NCBI GenBank assembly: GCA_964495385.1
Contig: CAZBVO010000007.1
Coordinates: 5,171-69,170, forward strand
Source: an uncultured Faecalibacterium sp.
Lineage (GTDB): Bacteria > Bacillota > Clostridia > Christensenellales > CAG-917
Direction of reading: 5' to 3'
DNA length: 64,000 nucleotides
The notes beneath the pieces are model-generated. The model saw only the letters and a list, made by a program, of their open reading frames with translations. It searched no databases and was not told the origin of the DNA. A program made the position numbers and the translations under genes. Positions 17,659 through 27,802 of this stretch are shown piece after piece (the stretch's first letter is position 1; every line of letters starts with the position of its first letter).

Positions 17659-19074
17659 CTAATTCTTTTTTATGTCGTAGCCGCCCGGCACGTCGATAAC
17701 CGTGTATCCGAGCGATGCGATTTTTGCTCTGATTTCGTCGGCCAGAGCGTAGTTTTTGGCTTTTTTGGCGGCAACTCTGCTTTCGGCCAAAGCGATTATT
17801 TCGTCCGGAGCGTCCGCCGTTTGAGGTTTTACCGCCTCTGGATGCTTTGCTTCGTAACGGGAGCAGAATTTTGCAGGAGCGGTTTTAAACAACCCCAACA
17901 GCGAGTAGGCCTGCTTCACTCCGTTTACGTCGGCCGCGGCCGAATTGTCGTTGGTCTTAACTTTTGCTTTGATTTTTTTGAAAATGCCGTACAAATCGCT
18001 TATTGCGAGGGCGGTGTTGAAGTCGTCGTCCATCGCGCGGCAAAATTCCTCGTCGACGGCGCCGTTTGCGTCGTCCGACTTAAGCCCTGCCTGTTCGACT
18101 TCCAGCATTGTTTTGTAAAAACCGTAAAGATGTTTTTCGGCGTTAGGGAACAAATCGTCCATAACGTTGATGTCGCCGCGATAATTGGTTTGCAAAAGCG
18201 CAAATTTAATGGTTTCGGCATCGTACTCGGCCATCAGGTCGCCCAAAACGATGCTGTTGCCCAGCGACTTGCTCATCTTTTGGCCGTTCACCTTGATAAG
18301 GCCGTTGTGAATCCAATATTTTGCAAACTGTTTGCCCGTTAAGGCTTCGGTTTGCGCTATTTCGTTTTCGTGGTGAGGGAAAATAAGATCTCGACCGCCG
18401 CCGTGAATGTCTATCTGTTCGCCGAACGCCGCTCTGTTCATGGCCGAGCATTCGATATGCCAGCCCGGACGGCCTTCGCCCCACGGAGAAGCCCAGCTTA
18501 TTTCGCCTTCTTTTGCCGCCTTCCACAGCGCAAAATCCAACGGATTGCGTTTTTCTTCGTCGTTTTCGACTCTGACGCCGTTTAAGGCATCTTCCAAATT
18601 TCTGCCCGACAATTTGCCGTAATCGGCAAACTTTTCAACGGCAAAATAAACGTCGCCGTTAGGTGTCGGATAAGCATAACCCTTTTGTATAAGGGCCGAA
18701 ACGAAATCGATGATGTTTTCGATGTTGCACGTCGCTTTAAGCCACACGTCCGGATCGTCTATCTCGAGTTCGCGCATGACTTTGTCTATGCGCTTTATCA
18801 TCATTGCCGCATATCTGTCGGCAGGGATGCCGGTCTCTTTGGACTTGGCAATTATTTTGTCGTCCACGTCGGTGTAGTTGCGAGCGTAGGTAACGCGGTA
18901 ACCCGATTTCAACAAATATTTTCGGATTATATCGTAAATAAGAGCCTGATAGGCATGTCCGATATGCGCATCGCCCGACACGGTTATGCCGCAAGCGTAC
19001 ATCTTAACCTCGGGCGGATTCATAGGCTCGAAAATTTCTTTTTTTCTTGTAAGTGTGTTGTAAATTTTTAGCAT
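17659..19074 (-). CDS. cysS: Cysteine--tRNA ligase
   Basis: 471 aa. HIGH motif (DAHIGHAY) and KMSKS (QKMSKSLGN). Confidence 0.95.
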   Translation of the reverse strand: MLKIYNTLTRKKEIFEPMNPPEVKMYACGITVSGDAHIGHAYQALIYDIIRKYLLKSGYRVTYARNYTDVDDKIIAKSKETGIPADRYAAMMIKRIDKVMRELEIDDPDVWLKATCNIENIIDFVSALIQKGYAYPTPNGDVYFAVEKFADYGKLSGRNLEDALNGVRVENDEEKRNPLDFALWKAAKEGEISWASPWGEGRPGWHIECSAMNRAAFGEQIDIHGGGRDLIFPHHENEIAQTEALTGKQFAKYWIHNGLIKVNGQKMSKSLGNSIVLGDLMAEYDAETIKFALLQTNYRGDINVMDDLFPNAEKHLYGFYKTMLEVEQAGLKSDDANGAVDEEFCRAMDDDFNTALAISDLYGIFKKIKAKVKTNDNSAAADVNGVKQAYSLLGLFKTAPAKFCSRYEAKHPEAVKPQTADAPDEIIALAESRVAAKKAKNYALADEIRAKIASLGYTVIDVPGGYDIKKN

Positions 19075-19083
19075 TGTTGCCTC

Positions 19084-19785
19084 TTAGTTTTGTTGATTTT
19101 TGTCGTCTTTAAGTGAGCTTTGAACGTTCAGTTCGTCCACCGAAAGTGAATAACGACAGGTTTTTATGCCCAATTTGTCTTCTAAAGCGGCTATTCTGTC
19201 ATTAAGCCGCTTAAATTCTTCCAATATCGGGTCCGGCAGCCTGACCTGATCCATATCGTCGACACGCTTGCCGTTTTGCCTGACTATGCGCCCCGGCACT
19301 CCCACCACTGTCGAATAAGGCGGTACGTTTTTCAAAACAACGCTTCCTGCCCCGACCTTGCTGCCTTTTCCTATAACGACGGGGCCCAAAATTTTTGCCC
19401 CGGCCGAAATCATAACGTCGTCGCAAACGGTCGGATGTCGTTTCCCGGTGTGTTTTCCGGTACCGCCCAAAGTTACGCCTTGATAGAGGGTTACGTTGTC
19501 GCCCACCACGGCCGTTTCGCCGATGACCACACCTGCACCGTGATCGATAAACACGCCTCTGCCGATTTTGGCCGCAGGGTGAATTTCGACCGCCCAACGC
19601 CTGCGTGCAACGGCGGAAACCATCCTGGCCGCCGCCTTAAAGCCTTTTCGGTACAAAGCGTGCGCAATGCGATAGTTCATAAGCGCCCTAAAACCCGGAT
19701 AGGTCCAAAACGTCGTCCACTTGCTTGTGGCGGCAGGATCCTTGTCGATGATGACCTGAAGGTCTTGTTTTAAACTTTCGAACAT
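19084..19785 (-). CDS. cysE: Serine O-acetyltransferase
   Basis: 233 aa. The N-terminal SATase helix domain (DPAATSKW..YPGFRALMNYRIAHALY) is followed by hexapeptide repeats (GRGVFIDHGAGVVIGETAVVGDNVTLYQGVTLGG). Confidence 0.9.
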   Translation of the reverse strand: MFESLKQDLQVIIDKDPAATSKWTTFWTYPGFRALMNYRIAHALYRKGFKAAARMVSAVARRRWAVEIHPAAKIGRGVFIDHGAGVVIGETAVVGDNVTLYQGVTLGGTGKHTGKRHPTVCDDVMISAGAKILGPVVIGKGSKVGAGSVVLKNVPPYSTVVGVPGRIVRQNGKRVDDMDQVRLPDPILEEFKRLNDRIAALEDKLGIKTCRYSLSVDELNVQSSLKDDKNQQN

Positions 19786-19804
19786 AGTTTCAATTTATGT
19801 CATA

Positions 19805-19825
19805 GGGGCGGTTTTTGACCGCCCC
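19805..19825 (-). terminator. Intrinsic terminator after the giant repeat-protein gene
   Basis: GGGGCGG (19805-11) / CCGCCCC (19819-25). It sits in the 50 nt gap between the 19836 stop and the cysE start. Confidence 0.7.
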
Positions 19826-19835
19826 GCATGAAATT

Positions 19836-22800
19836 TTAAGTTGTCGGAGTGCTCGAAGTGAAGGTTGTAGGATCAAAATAAATTCCGCCGTTTTGAACCT
19901 TGATGCCGTTGAGGAAGTCCAGAACGGTCAATTCACGCCCTGCCGCCGTTTCGTAAAGCTCGATGGTTGCCTGCAAATCGGCATCCATGGTTGCTCCGGA
20001 CCAAGTGTACAACTTGATTATTGACGAATTTTTCAAAGTATTGGTCGCGTCTTCTTCGATGCTGGTCAAAGTTGAATCCTTAAGTGCGTACAGCAAACTG
20101 TTGGTGTCGGTCGGATTGACAAGTTCGCCGATGGTCATATTGTTGATTATTTCCGTCGCTTCGGTGCTGAGGTTACCCACTTTTACGTCCTTAAGTTTTT
20201 GCAAAACGACGTGTGCCGAGCTGTCGATGGTGATAAGTTCGCCCAAAGTGCTGTCGTTGATTGCCGTGTTGATTTCGGTGGACAGATTTTTGATTTTTAC
20301 GTCCTTAACCTTTTTGAGAACGACGTTTGAATCGTCCGAAATTGTCACCATTTCCGACAGACGGGTTTCGTCGACTGCCAATTCGATGTGGCTCGGGATG
20401 TTTTGAACGCTGACGGTTGCAAGTTTTTTCAAAACCGCGTTTGCGCCGCCCTCGTACACTCTTTCGTAGAATATGGTTACGTCTGCATCGGCAGAGGCGT
20501 CGTATTGCAGGAACATATCGTTTTTGTAAACGAACAAGTCTGCTTTTTCGGCATCCGTTGCCGGGACCTTTTCGACAAACACGTCACCGTTTATGACCAT
20601 TGCGTCCGAAAGCGGCATGCTGTCGACAATGCTTTGCATATCGTCTGCCATGCTTCCGACTTTCTTGTCGGCAAGCGAGGCGATTGCGGCATTGGATGCG
20701 GCACGGACGAGGTGGTATCTGGTTCCCGTGGTTACGCCGTCTTTGTATTTGACCATAACGCTGACGGTGCCGTCGGCATTGTGCATAAGTTCGTAAGTGC
20801 CCTTATATTTTGCAGTTGCTTCCGCTTCGTCGGCAACTCTGGCAAATTCGACGTATTCTCCGCCCTCGTCGAGCGCGAACACGCTTTCTACGGTGATGTC
20901 GATAAGTTCGCCGATGTAAGTGTTGTCGATTGCTTTGTCTATTGCGGTGCCGAGGTCTTTAACTTTGACGGTGGCAATACGTTTGATTACGGCGTTCGAC
21001 GTACCTTTGTATCTGCGCATGTAAACGTTTGTGACGGAAGCATGTTTGGTTGCGTCGTAAGGAATAAGCATATCGCCGTCTTTGACGAAGTACTCGTCGT
21101 CGGTGCTGCTGTTGTAAGTTGTCGCCTCGAAGATATCGCCGTCGATGTCCATAACTTCGCCGAGAACAAGCTCGTCGATAACACTGCCTGCCTGCGTTGC
21201 GATTTCGCTGATTTTTACGTTTGCAAGTGCCGCAAACACAGGGTTGGAAGCCTCTTTCGTGCAAACGAACAGTTCTTTATGTTGATTGTAACCGTCGTTT
21301 ATGATTGTTCCGTTTTCGTCGTACACCGCTTTAACGAGCGCAATCCATTTGTTGCCCGTTTGAGTCTCGTCGTACATAAAGTAACATGTGCCGACGTAAT
21401 ACGCTTTTGCCGTTTCGTAATCAGGCGAAGAACCTGCTTCGATGTAAATTTCTTCCTTTGAGGCAACGGCTGCACGAGCTTTGCTCGATTCGCTTTCCTT
21501 GCCCAGCGAACGGCAGGTGCTGTATTCGACTATGTCAACAACGTCGCCCAAAACCAAATCGTCAAATGCCGTGGCCAGCTCGGAAATTTTGGTGTCTTGA
21601 AGTTTGATGAACACCTTGTTGGACTTTTCGTGAACCACGTCGCCCGTCGTCGAATCGACCACGTCTTCCTCGTAAATGTCCACTACGTCCTTCAAAACCA
21701 AATCGTCGAAGGCGTCGGCAAGTTCGGTAACCTTGGTATCTTTAAGTTTTATCAAAACGCCGTGAGATTTTTCATGAATTACGTCGCCGGTATCCGGGTC
21801 GACAACGTCTTGCTCGTAGACGTCGACTACGTCTTTCAATACCAAATCGTCAAAAGAGTCGGCAAGTTCGGTGATTTTGGTGTCTTTAAACTTAATCAGA
21901 ACGTTAGGGGATTTCTCGTGGATGACGTCGCCCGTCGTCGGATCGATAACGTCTTCTTCATAAATGTCAACCACGTCTTTCAATACCAAATCGTCGAAAG
22001 AATCGACCAATTCGGTGATTTTGGTGTCTTTAAACTTAATCAATACGCTTGGCGATTTTTCGTGAATGACGTCGCCCGTTACCGGATCGACTTCGTCTTG
22101 TTCATAAATGTCGATTACTTCGCCCAAAGTGATTGTATCGAATTTGTCGGCAAGTTCGCCGATTGTGGTGTCCTTGAAGTTTTCAAGGATGCCCGTCATG
22201 TGCTCTTCGCCCAAAATTGCGGAGATTTTGATATCGTTGAGAAGGTCGGTAAAGTCGCCCGACGAAAGCTGGGTGAGAGTCAACGGACTGAGGATGTTCA
22301 AAATGCTGTCGCCTGCGTGAACTCTGACGTAAACGTCGTCGATATTGGCCGAAGTAACAGCCGTTTCGCCGCCTTCCAAAACCTTAAGCGAATAGGTGGT
22401 TTTGTCGCCGTCAACGGTTGCGGTGACTACGTAGTAGTCATCAACAAGCGCCGGAGTGCCGCCCTCGACGTATTTGCCGAGATGCTTTGCTTCCCACTTG
22501 TACAATGCACTGTTGTGAGCGGCATCGGAAGTGTAAAGTCCGCTGTCGGCGTTTAAGGTAAGCTTGCCGATGTCGGTCGGTTTGCCGTCTTTAAAGCCGT
22601 TGCCGTACTCGATAAGTTCGGCAGGAGCGGCCGAGGTTTGCAAATCGGTGTACTTAACAAAGGAATCGCGGTTTGCCTTCATAAGTTTGCCGATTTCCAT
22701 AACTTCCACTTCGTCCATCAATTTGCCGATAGGCACGTCGATGAGCGCAGACAGCAAATTGTCGGAATCGATAAGAGTGATGCCCGTCATGTCCTGCACG

Positions 22801-23666
22801 TCGGCAATGCTCTTTTTCTCGATATTGTTGACCACGTCCATTATGGTGTCAACCATAACAAGCACAGGCAAATAGCTTCCTTCCGCTATCACTTTGATGT
22901 CCTTGATGCTTGTTGCGCCGGTGATTTGCGCCACAAGGTCGATGTTGACAATGTCCAAAAGCGAGGTTATGTCGGAAGTAATGGTGGAAAGCGGAGTGTT
23001 GAGCAACGCTTCCTTTGCGTTTTTATTGACAAGATAGTAGTCGCCGTCGGCGGTTGTAACGAGTTCGCCGTTTACCACGCCGCAACGCTCGGTAACGTCG
23101 TTGCCCTTATAGGTCAACACTGCTTTGCCGTCGGAACCTTTGCGCACGTTGTAAATGCTGCCAAAAGGCACCTGCTGATATGCGGTAACGGCGGCGGTTT
23201 CGGAATCGGTCATTGCGACAACTCGCTCGAAAGTTTTCGTTTCGGCGTTGAAAACGTATCTGTCCAACGAATCTGCGCTAACTTCGCCTTCGCTGTCGAA
23301 TGCGATGGCGGAAACGTCCTCGACCTTAACGTAAACGTCGTTTCCGTCAATGGCAATGTTCAGTTTGTCTTCCAACAAACCGACAAGGTCAAGCCCGAAT
23401 TTTTCCTGTAAAGCAGCAATGGACGGATCCTTACCGTCGGAAAACATCTCCTTTGCCGTATTGAAAACATCGTAAAGCGACATACCGCCGATGGCCGCGC
23501 CGTCGGTGTATTTCGTGTCACTTTTGTTGACTGCATTTTCAATGCTGGATATCTTGGTTTGTGTGGCAACCACGTAAACGGTGCCGAACACCGCTCCGAA
23601 CACGAACACTATGCCCATAACGAAGCCGACCACAAAAGACAAAAACTTGCCTCCGCAACCTTTCAT
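19836..23666 (-). CDS. Giant membrane-anchored repeat protein of unknown function
   Basis: Start moved to ATG 23666 (GGAGG 7 nt upstream), giving 1276 aa. It has a single N-terminal TM (FLSFVVGFVMGIVFVFGAVFGTVYVVA), then a long acidic T/D/V-rich ectodomain with a recurring K-[IV]-x-x-L...L-G-[ED]-[LV]-[IV]-D-I module. No family recognised. Confidence 0.7.
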   Translation of the reverse strand: MKGCGGKFLSFVVGFVMGIVFVFGAVFGTVYVVATQTKISSIENAVNKSDTKYTDGAAIGGMSLYDVFNTAKEMFSDGKDPSIAALQEKFGLDLVGLLEDKLNIAIDGNDVYVKVEDVSAIAFDSEGEVSADSLDRYVFNAETKTFERVVAMTDSETAAVTAYQQVPFGSIYNVRKGSDGKAVLTYKGNDVTERCGVVNGELVTTADGDYYLVNKNAKEALLNTPLSTITSDITSLLDIVNIDLVAQITGATSIKDIKVIAEGSYLPVLVMVDTIMDVVNNIEKKSIADVQDMTGITLIDSDNLLSALIDVPIGKLMDEVEVMEIGKLMKANRDSFVKYTDLQTSAAPAELIEYGNGFKDGKPTDIGKLTLNADSGLYTSDAAHNSALYKWEAKHLGKYVEGGTPALVDDYYVVTATVDGDKTTYSLKVLEGGETAVTSANIDDVYVRVHAGDSILNILSPLTLTQLSSGDFTDLLNDIKISAILGEEHMTGILENFKDTTIGELADKFDTITLGEVIDIYEQDEVDPVTGDVIHEKSPSVLIKFKDTKITELVDSFDDLVLKDVVDIYEEDVIDPTTGDVIHEKSPNVLIKFKDTKITELADSFDDLVLKDVVDVYEQDVVDPDTGDVIHEKSHGVLIKLKDTKVTELADAFDDLVLKDVVDIYEEDVVDSTTGDVVHEKSNKVFIKLQDTKISELATAFDDLVLGDVVDIVEYSTCRSLGKESESSKARAAVASKEEIYIEAGSSPDYETAKAYYVGTCYFMYDETQTGNKWIALVKAVYDENGTIINDGYNQHKELFVCTKEASNPVFAALANVKISEIATQAGSVIDELVLGEVMDIDGDIFEATTYNSSTDDEYFVKDGDMLIPYDATKHASVTNVYMRRYKGTSNAVIKRIATVKVKDLGTAIDKAIDNTYIGELIDITVESVFALDEGGEYVEFARVADEAEATAKYKGTYELMHNADGTVSVMVKYKDGVTTGTRYHLVRAASNAAIASLADKKVGSMADDMQSIVDSMPLSDAMVINGDVFVEKVPATDAEKADLFVYKNDMFLQYDASADADVTIFYERVYEGGANAVLKKLATVSVQNIPSHIELAVDETRLSEMVTISDDSNVVLKKVKDVKIKNLSTEINTAINDSTLGELITIDSSAHVVLQKLKDVKVGNLSTEATEIINNMTIGELVNPTDTNSLLYALKDSTLTSIEEDATNTLKNSSIIKLYTWSGATMDADLQATIELYETAAGRELTVLDFLNGIKVQNGGIYFDPTTFTSSTPTT
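21541..22190 (-). repeat. Tandem 144 bp (48 aa) repeats, about 4.5 copies, inside the giant gene
   Basis: Copies start at 21541, 21685, 21829, 21973 and 22117 (partial). The unit encodes LVLKDVVDIYEEDVIDPTTGDVIHEKSPNVLIKFKDTKITELADSFDD. Copies are clearly diverged at synonymous and some nonsynonymous sites. Confidence 0.9.
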
Positions 23667-24030
23667 ATCATATCCTCCTTGGGTCGCGCGCATCAGCGCA
23701 CGGGAATTTTATAGTTATTTACTATATCATACACTAAACATATCCATTTTGCAAGGATTTTGCGGATTTTAGCATTTATTTTCCTAAAAGGAAAATTTTG
23801 GACAAAAACCAAACAACGCAAGTTTGAACGCTGTTTTGTTTTCAAAAAGCAAAGCCGACCGCCGTTTTTTATGGCGCAAAAATCTCGGCGTTTCCCGTTT
23901 TTTTCCGTCCGACTTCAATCGGCGGCAAAAAGCCTGCCCCCAAAAAGCTTGCCCGACCTTGTCGTCGCAGTATGCCGCCGGACTGCATAAAACAAAAAAC
24001 AAACTGTAAACGTTTTGCTGTTATACGACA

Positions 24031-24055
24031 AAAGCGCACGTTTAACGTGCGCTTT
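24031..24055 (-). terminator. Intrinsic terminator after ftsH
   Basis: AAAGCGCACG (24031-40) pairs with CGTGCGCTTT (24046-55), with A/T-run flanks. Confidence 0.8.
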
Positions 24056-24077
24056 TTGTAAATAAACGTTGTTTTTG

Positions 24078-26102
24078 TTAGTTTTCGTCGCTGTTCGTTG
24101 ACGTCGTTTTGCCTGCGTCGGCAGGTGCTGAAGCATCGCTGCTTGCGGCCTCGTTTGTCGGTGCAACGTTTTCAGTTACGGTCGGCGAAACGGGTTGCGG
24201 TGCCGGTTGTTTTTTGGTGTAGTCGGCTTTTATTCTGCTTTCCGTCGCATCCATTTTTTCCATTATTTCGCTGTACGATTTCCCTTCAAAAATCATGTTG
24301 ACTTCGTCTTCGAAAATGGTGTTTTTGGAATACAGCAACCTGACCATGGTGTCCATAATTTGACGGTTTTCAAGCAAAATTGCCCTTGCCCGTTTGTAGC
24401 ATTCGTCAATAATTTTTTGCACTTCGGCATCGATTTTGGCGGCCATCTGTTCGCTGTAGCTGTGGCTGGTGCCGTAATCTCTGCCTAAAAATACTTCCTT
24501 ATCCGCACCGAGGAACATTGTTCCGAGGTCGCTCATGCCCCATTCGGTAACCATGCGTTTTACCGTTCCGGTTGCCCTTTCGATGTCGTTGGAAGCACCG
24601 GTGGAAACGTCCTGTATGACGATTTCTTCGGCCGCTCTGCCGCCGAGCATCATCGTTACAGTGTCGAGAAGTTTGTTTTTGGTAACGTGGTTGTTGTCGT
24701 TTTCAGGCAAGGTGATTGTGTAGCCTGCCGCCTGACCTCTTGCCACGATGCTCACTTCGTGCACGTTGTCGCAATATTTCAGCATTTTTGCGACTATTGC
24801 GTGGCCGCTTTCGTGATAAGCTGTGATTCGTTTGTCGGTTTCGGTAACGACACGGCTCTTTTTCTGCGGACCTGCTATAACTTTGTTGATGGCTTCGTTA
24901 AGATCGTCCATTATGATGGCGGTGCGATTGTTGCGTGCCGCTAAAATTGCCGCTTCGTTCAAAAGGTTTTCGATGTCTGCGCCCGAGAACCCTGCCGTCA
25001 ACCTTGAAAGTGCTTTAAAATCGACGTCCGGTGCAAGCGGTTTGTTGCGGCTGTGCACTCTGAAAATGGCTTCTCTGCCTTTAACGTCCGGCGTGTGAAC
25101 GTAAATTTGACGGTCAAAACGTCCCGGCCTCAAAAGCGCTTGGTCCAAAATGTCAGGCCTGTTGGTTGCGGCCATGATGATTATGCCTTCGTTTTTCTCG
25201 AAACCGTCCATCTGCACCAACAACTGGTTGAGCGTTTGTTCTCTTTCGTCGTTTCCACCGCCAAGGCCTGCGCCTCTTTGACGGCCGACGGCGTCGATTT
25301 CGTCGATAAACACTATGCAAGGCATGTTGCGTTTTGCCTGATCGAACAAGTCTCTTACCCTGCTTGCGCCCACGCCTACGAACATCTCGACAAAGTCACT
25401 GCCGCTGATGTTGAAAAACGGAACGTTCGCTTCACCTGCAACCGCTTTGGCAAACAAAGTTTTGCCCGTGCCCGGAGGGCCTACAAGCAGCACGCCTTTA
25501 GGGATTCTGGCACCCATTTCGGTGAACTTTTTAGGGTTTTTCAAAAATTCGACTATTTCTTGAAGTTCTTCTTTTTCTTCCTCGGCGCCGGCTACGTCCG
25601 AAAAACGCACTTTGACGTTTACGTTAACCCTTGCTTTGGTTTTGCCGAAATTGATGGCCTGATTGTCCCGTGCGGAATTGCGCTTCATGACAACGTAAAA
25701 CACCACCATTATAAGCAAACCGCCGATGATAGGGATGCCCACGCTTATAAGAAGAGAATATCTGTTAGGATCGTTGTAGACGATTGTCGGCGCAAGTTCG
25801 CCCGCTTCGTCCGCCACTTCCATAAGTCCTTTCATGTCTCTGTCCGGCACGTAGCAATAAGCATCGTAAGCCGACGGGAACTTTTTGTCCGGGATTTCGC
25901 TTCCGGTGAAACGGACGTAAACTTTGTAATTGCCGCTTACGTATATATCCGATATCTTTCCCTCTTTGACGAGCTCGACAAGCCCGCCTTTGCCGGCGTA
26001 TGCGATTTCTTTAGAGGTTCCGTCAGGCAAAAACCTGATAAGCAGAACCACAAGCAGCACCAGACAAACAAGATATATCCATTTTCTTGCTGATTTGTTC
26101 AA
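24078..26102 (-). CDS. ftsH: ATP-dependent zinc metalloprotease FtsH
   Basis: 674 aa, TTG start with GGAGG 8 nt upstream. Walker A GPPGTGKT, Walker [12 protein letters not shown], and zinc motif HESGHAI. Confidence 0.95.
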   Translation of the reverse strand: MNKSARKWIYLVCLVLLVVLLIRFLPDGTSKEIAYAGKGGLVELVKEGKISDIYVSGNYKVYVRFTGSEIPDKKFPSAYDAYCYVPDRDMKGLMEVADEAGELAPTIVYNDPNRYSLLISVGIPIIGGLLIMVVFYVVMKRNSARDNQAINFGKTKARVNVNVKVRFSDVAGAEEEKEELQEIVEFLKNPKKFTEMGARIPKGVLLVGPPGTGKTLFAKAVAGEANVPFFNISGSDFVEMFVGVGASRVRDLFDQAKRNMPCIVFIDEIDAVGRQRGAGLGGGNDEREQTLNQLLVQMDGFEKNEGIIIMAATNRPDILDQALLRPGRFDRQIYVHTPDVKGREAIFRVHSRNKPLAPDVDFKALSRLTAGFSGADIENLLNEAAILAARNNRTAIIMDDLNEAINKVIAGPQKKSRVVTETDKRITAYHESGHAIVAKMLKYCDNVHEVSIVARGQAAGYTITLPENDNNHVTKNKLLDTVTMMLGGRAAEEIVIQDVSTGASNDIERATGTVKRMVTEWGMSDLGTMFLGADKEVFLGRDYGTSHSYSEQMAAKIDAEVQKIIDECYKRARAILLENRQIMDTMVRLLYSKNTIFEDEVNMIFEGKSYSEIMEKMDATESRIKADYTKKQPAPQPVSPTVTENVAPTNEAASSDASAPADAGKTTSTNSDEN

Positions 26103-26295
26103 TTTGATTGCCTCCGATTGAGCGTTGAATATACTGTATTTTAGGGCAGATAGGTTAATTGAACGTTAAAAACAACCTTCCTAAAAAGAATAAACAACAA
26201 TATAATATGCTCTTAAAGATTATTATAAAATCTATTGTAGCATAAAAAAAGCCAAAGGTAAACAGATTTGGCTTTGTTTTTTAAATTGTTTTTTG

Positions 26296-26757
26296 TCAAT
26301 AGGAAATTGCGCAAAAAGTCACAAACGCTATTTCTGCGGCGATTTTTTCAACTTCAAGTGCCGATACCGTCATTAAAACGCTCAAAGGATTTTTGCCGAC
26401 CTTGCCTACCACTCCGACAATTCCGACGTCGCCCACCGCCATCGCTTCGCCCCTTACGGCCTTTTTCGGAAACACCGATGCCGAAATTTTTACCGTGCCG
26501 ACGCCGTCGGTGTACGACAGTCCGGCATCCACCGCCACTATTTTGCTTCCCGCGTGAACGGTTTCGATAAACTCCAACCACTCCTTCATGTTCTTTCCGT
26601 TGACGCTGTCCGAGACCGTTCCGTAAACAAAATTTTTGACGTTGTAGCGGTCGACGAGCAGTTCCCCCACCAGCGGCGCAAGGCTGTCGCCCGTTATTTT
26701 TTCACTTCCTATACACACCACAACCACATTAGGACACAAACCTTCCGTCTCGTTCAT
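26296..26757 (-). CDS. yyaC: Sporulation protein YyaC (GPR-like protease family)
   Basis: Start at ATG 26757 (AAGGAG upstream). VVVVCIGSEKITGDSLAPLVGELL and IVAVDAGLS are typical of YyaC, which is origin-proximal in Bacillus as well. Confidence 0.75.
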   Translation of the reverse strand: MNETEGLCPNVVVVCIGSEKITGDSLAPLVGELLVDRYNVKNFVYGTVSDSVNGKNMKEWLEFIETVHAGSKIVAVDAGLSYTDGVGTVKISASVFPKKAVRGEAMAVGDVGIVGVVGKVGKNPLSVLMTVSALEVEKIAAEIAFVTFCAISY

Positions 26758-26916
26758 AAGCACTCCTTTTCAAAACGAAATTGTTGCCAAATTTCATTTA
26801 TTTATTCTTTTTAGTGGACAAATCGAAGGTTTGTTTGTATAATTAATGTGTATATTTGCAAATTAATTGCATTTACGGATTATTTGTCAAGGAGATTGCC
26901 TAAAAGGCAAACGTTT

Positions 26917-27732
26917 ATGTTTGATCTTACCGCCTTGTGTGCAGAAAATTCAATAAACATGTCCTACATCGACATCGGTATCGTTGCCGTCGTATTGATT
27001 TTTGCTCTCCCGTGCGCCGTAAAAGGGCTTTGCGGCAGCTTGGAAAGAGGATGCCTCGGGCAGCTTTTGGGCGTTTTGGTAAGTCTTGCGGCAGCAGTGG
27101 TGCTGGTTTTCGGCATTAACGGCGTGGGGCCGTACGTCGGAGACATCGAAGCATTGGACGGCGTAAGCTCCTCGGTTTCGGCCAAATTGGAAGGCGTCAA
27201 CAACAAGTTTTCGATGCCACTTTCCAAAGAGGAAGACGGCTTGTTGTACGTTCAATCCGACGAGGGCGAAAAAATTTCGGTTGCAACCATCATCATTCCG
27301 ATGGACAGCGAACAAACCGCAGACGTAGTTGCCACTCTCGACAAAGCAATCGCCTCTGCCTGCTCAGACGAATTTTTGGCCTCTTTGGGCGAAGACGCAA
27401 CCGTCGGAAAGCTTTTGGGCAAAGCCGCAATCAAGCTTGTTCTGTTTTTGGCCGTGTTTGTCATAGGATTGATTGTTTGCACGGTGTTCAGTTACATAAT
27501 GGGCGCACTCAAAAATGCGATAAACGACAGCGAATCCTTTGTTCCTGACCTCATCGACAAACTGTTGGGACTCGTTGCGGGGGCCGCACTCGGAGTTGTT
27601 ATAGCGGCACTTTTGACGGCTATACTGGCGCTGGTGCTTAAATTTGAACCTATCGAAGCCATCCAAGCTCAATTTGACAACAGCACGATTGCAAAATACG
27701 TTTACGATTTCGTAAACAAACTGTTTGGTTAA
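26917..27732 (+). CDS. CvpA-like membrane protein (start uncertain: 26917 or 26959)
   Basis: It has a CvpA-type N-terminus (IDIGIVAVVLIFALPCAVKGLCGSL) and further TM helices at the C-terminus. No strong RBS precedes either ATG. Confidence 0.45.
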   Translation: MFDLTALCAENSINMSYIDIGIVAVVLIFALPCAVKGLCGSLERGCLGQLLGVLVSLAAAVVLVFGINGVGPYVGDIEALDGVSSSVSAKLEGVNNKFSMPLSKEEDGLLYVQSDEGEKISVATIIIPMDSEQTADVVATLDKAIASACSDEFLASLGEDATVGKLLGKAAIKLVLFLAVFVIGLIVCTVFSYIMGALKNAINDSESFVPDLIDKLLGLVAGAALGVVIAALLTAILALVLKFEPIEAIQAQFDNSTIAKYVYDFVNKLFG

Positions 27733-27747
27733 AACCGTTTAATAAAA

Positions 27748-27770
27748 AACCGCCAATCGGCGGTTTTTTT
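27748..27770. terminator. Bidirectional terminator (cvpA-like / mnmG)
   Basis: ACCGCC (27749-54) / GGCGGT (27759-64) with A-run and T-run flanks between convergent genes. Confidence 0.75.
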
Positions 27771-27802
27771 GTTTGCTGTTTTTTATTTATTTTTTGCGCT
27801 TT

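Noticed and set aside
19786-19835. Expected Cys T-box leader upstream of cysE-cysS (I also looked upstream of greA-lysS and argS)
   Set aside because: The gaps are only 50, 94 and 96 nt, and promoters or terminators fill them. They are too short for a T-box of about 200 nt, and I saw no T-box sequence AANNNGGTGGNACCGCG.
23667-24077. Riboswitch (for example c-di-GMP class I/II) in the 411 nt region upstream of the giant surface-protein gene
   Set aside because: I looked on the minus strand for the GGCAAACC / ACGCAAAGCC type cores and did not find them. A GCAAAGCC string exists only on the wrong (+) strand. The leader remains unexplained but I cannot support a call.
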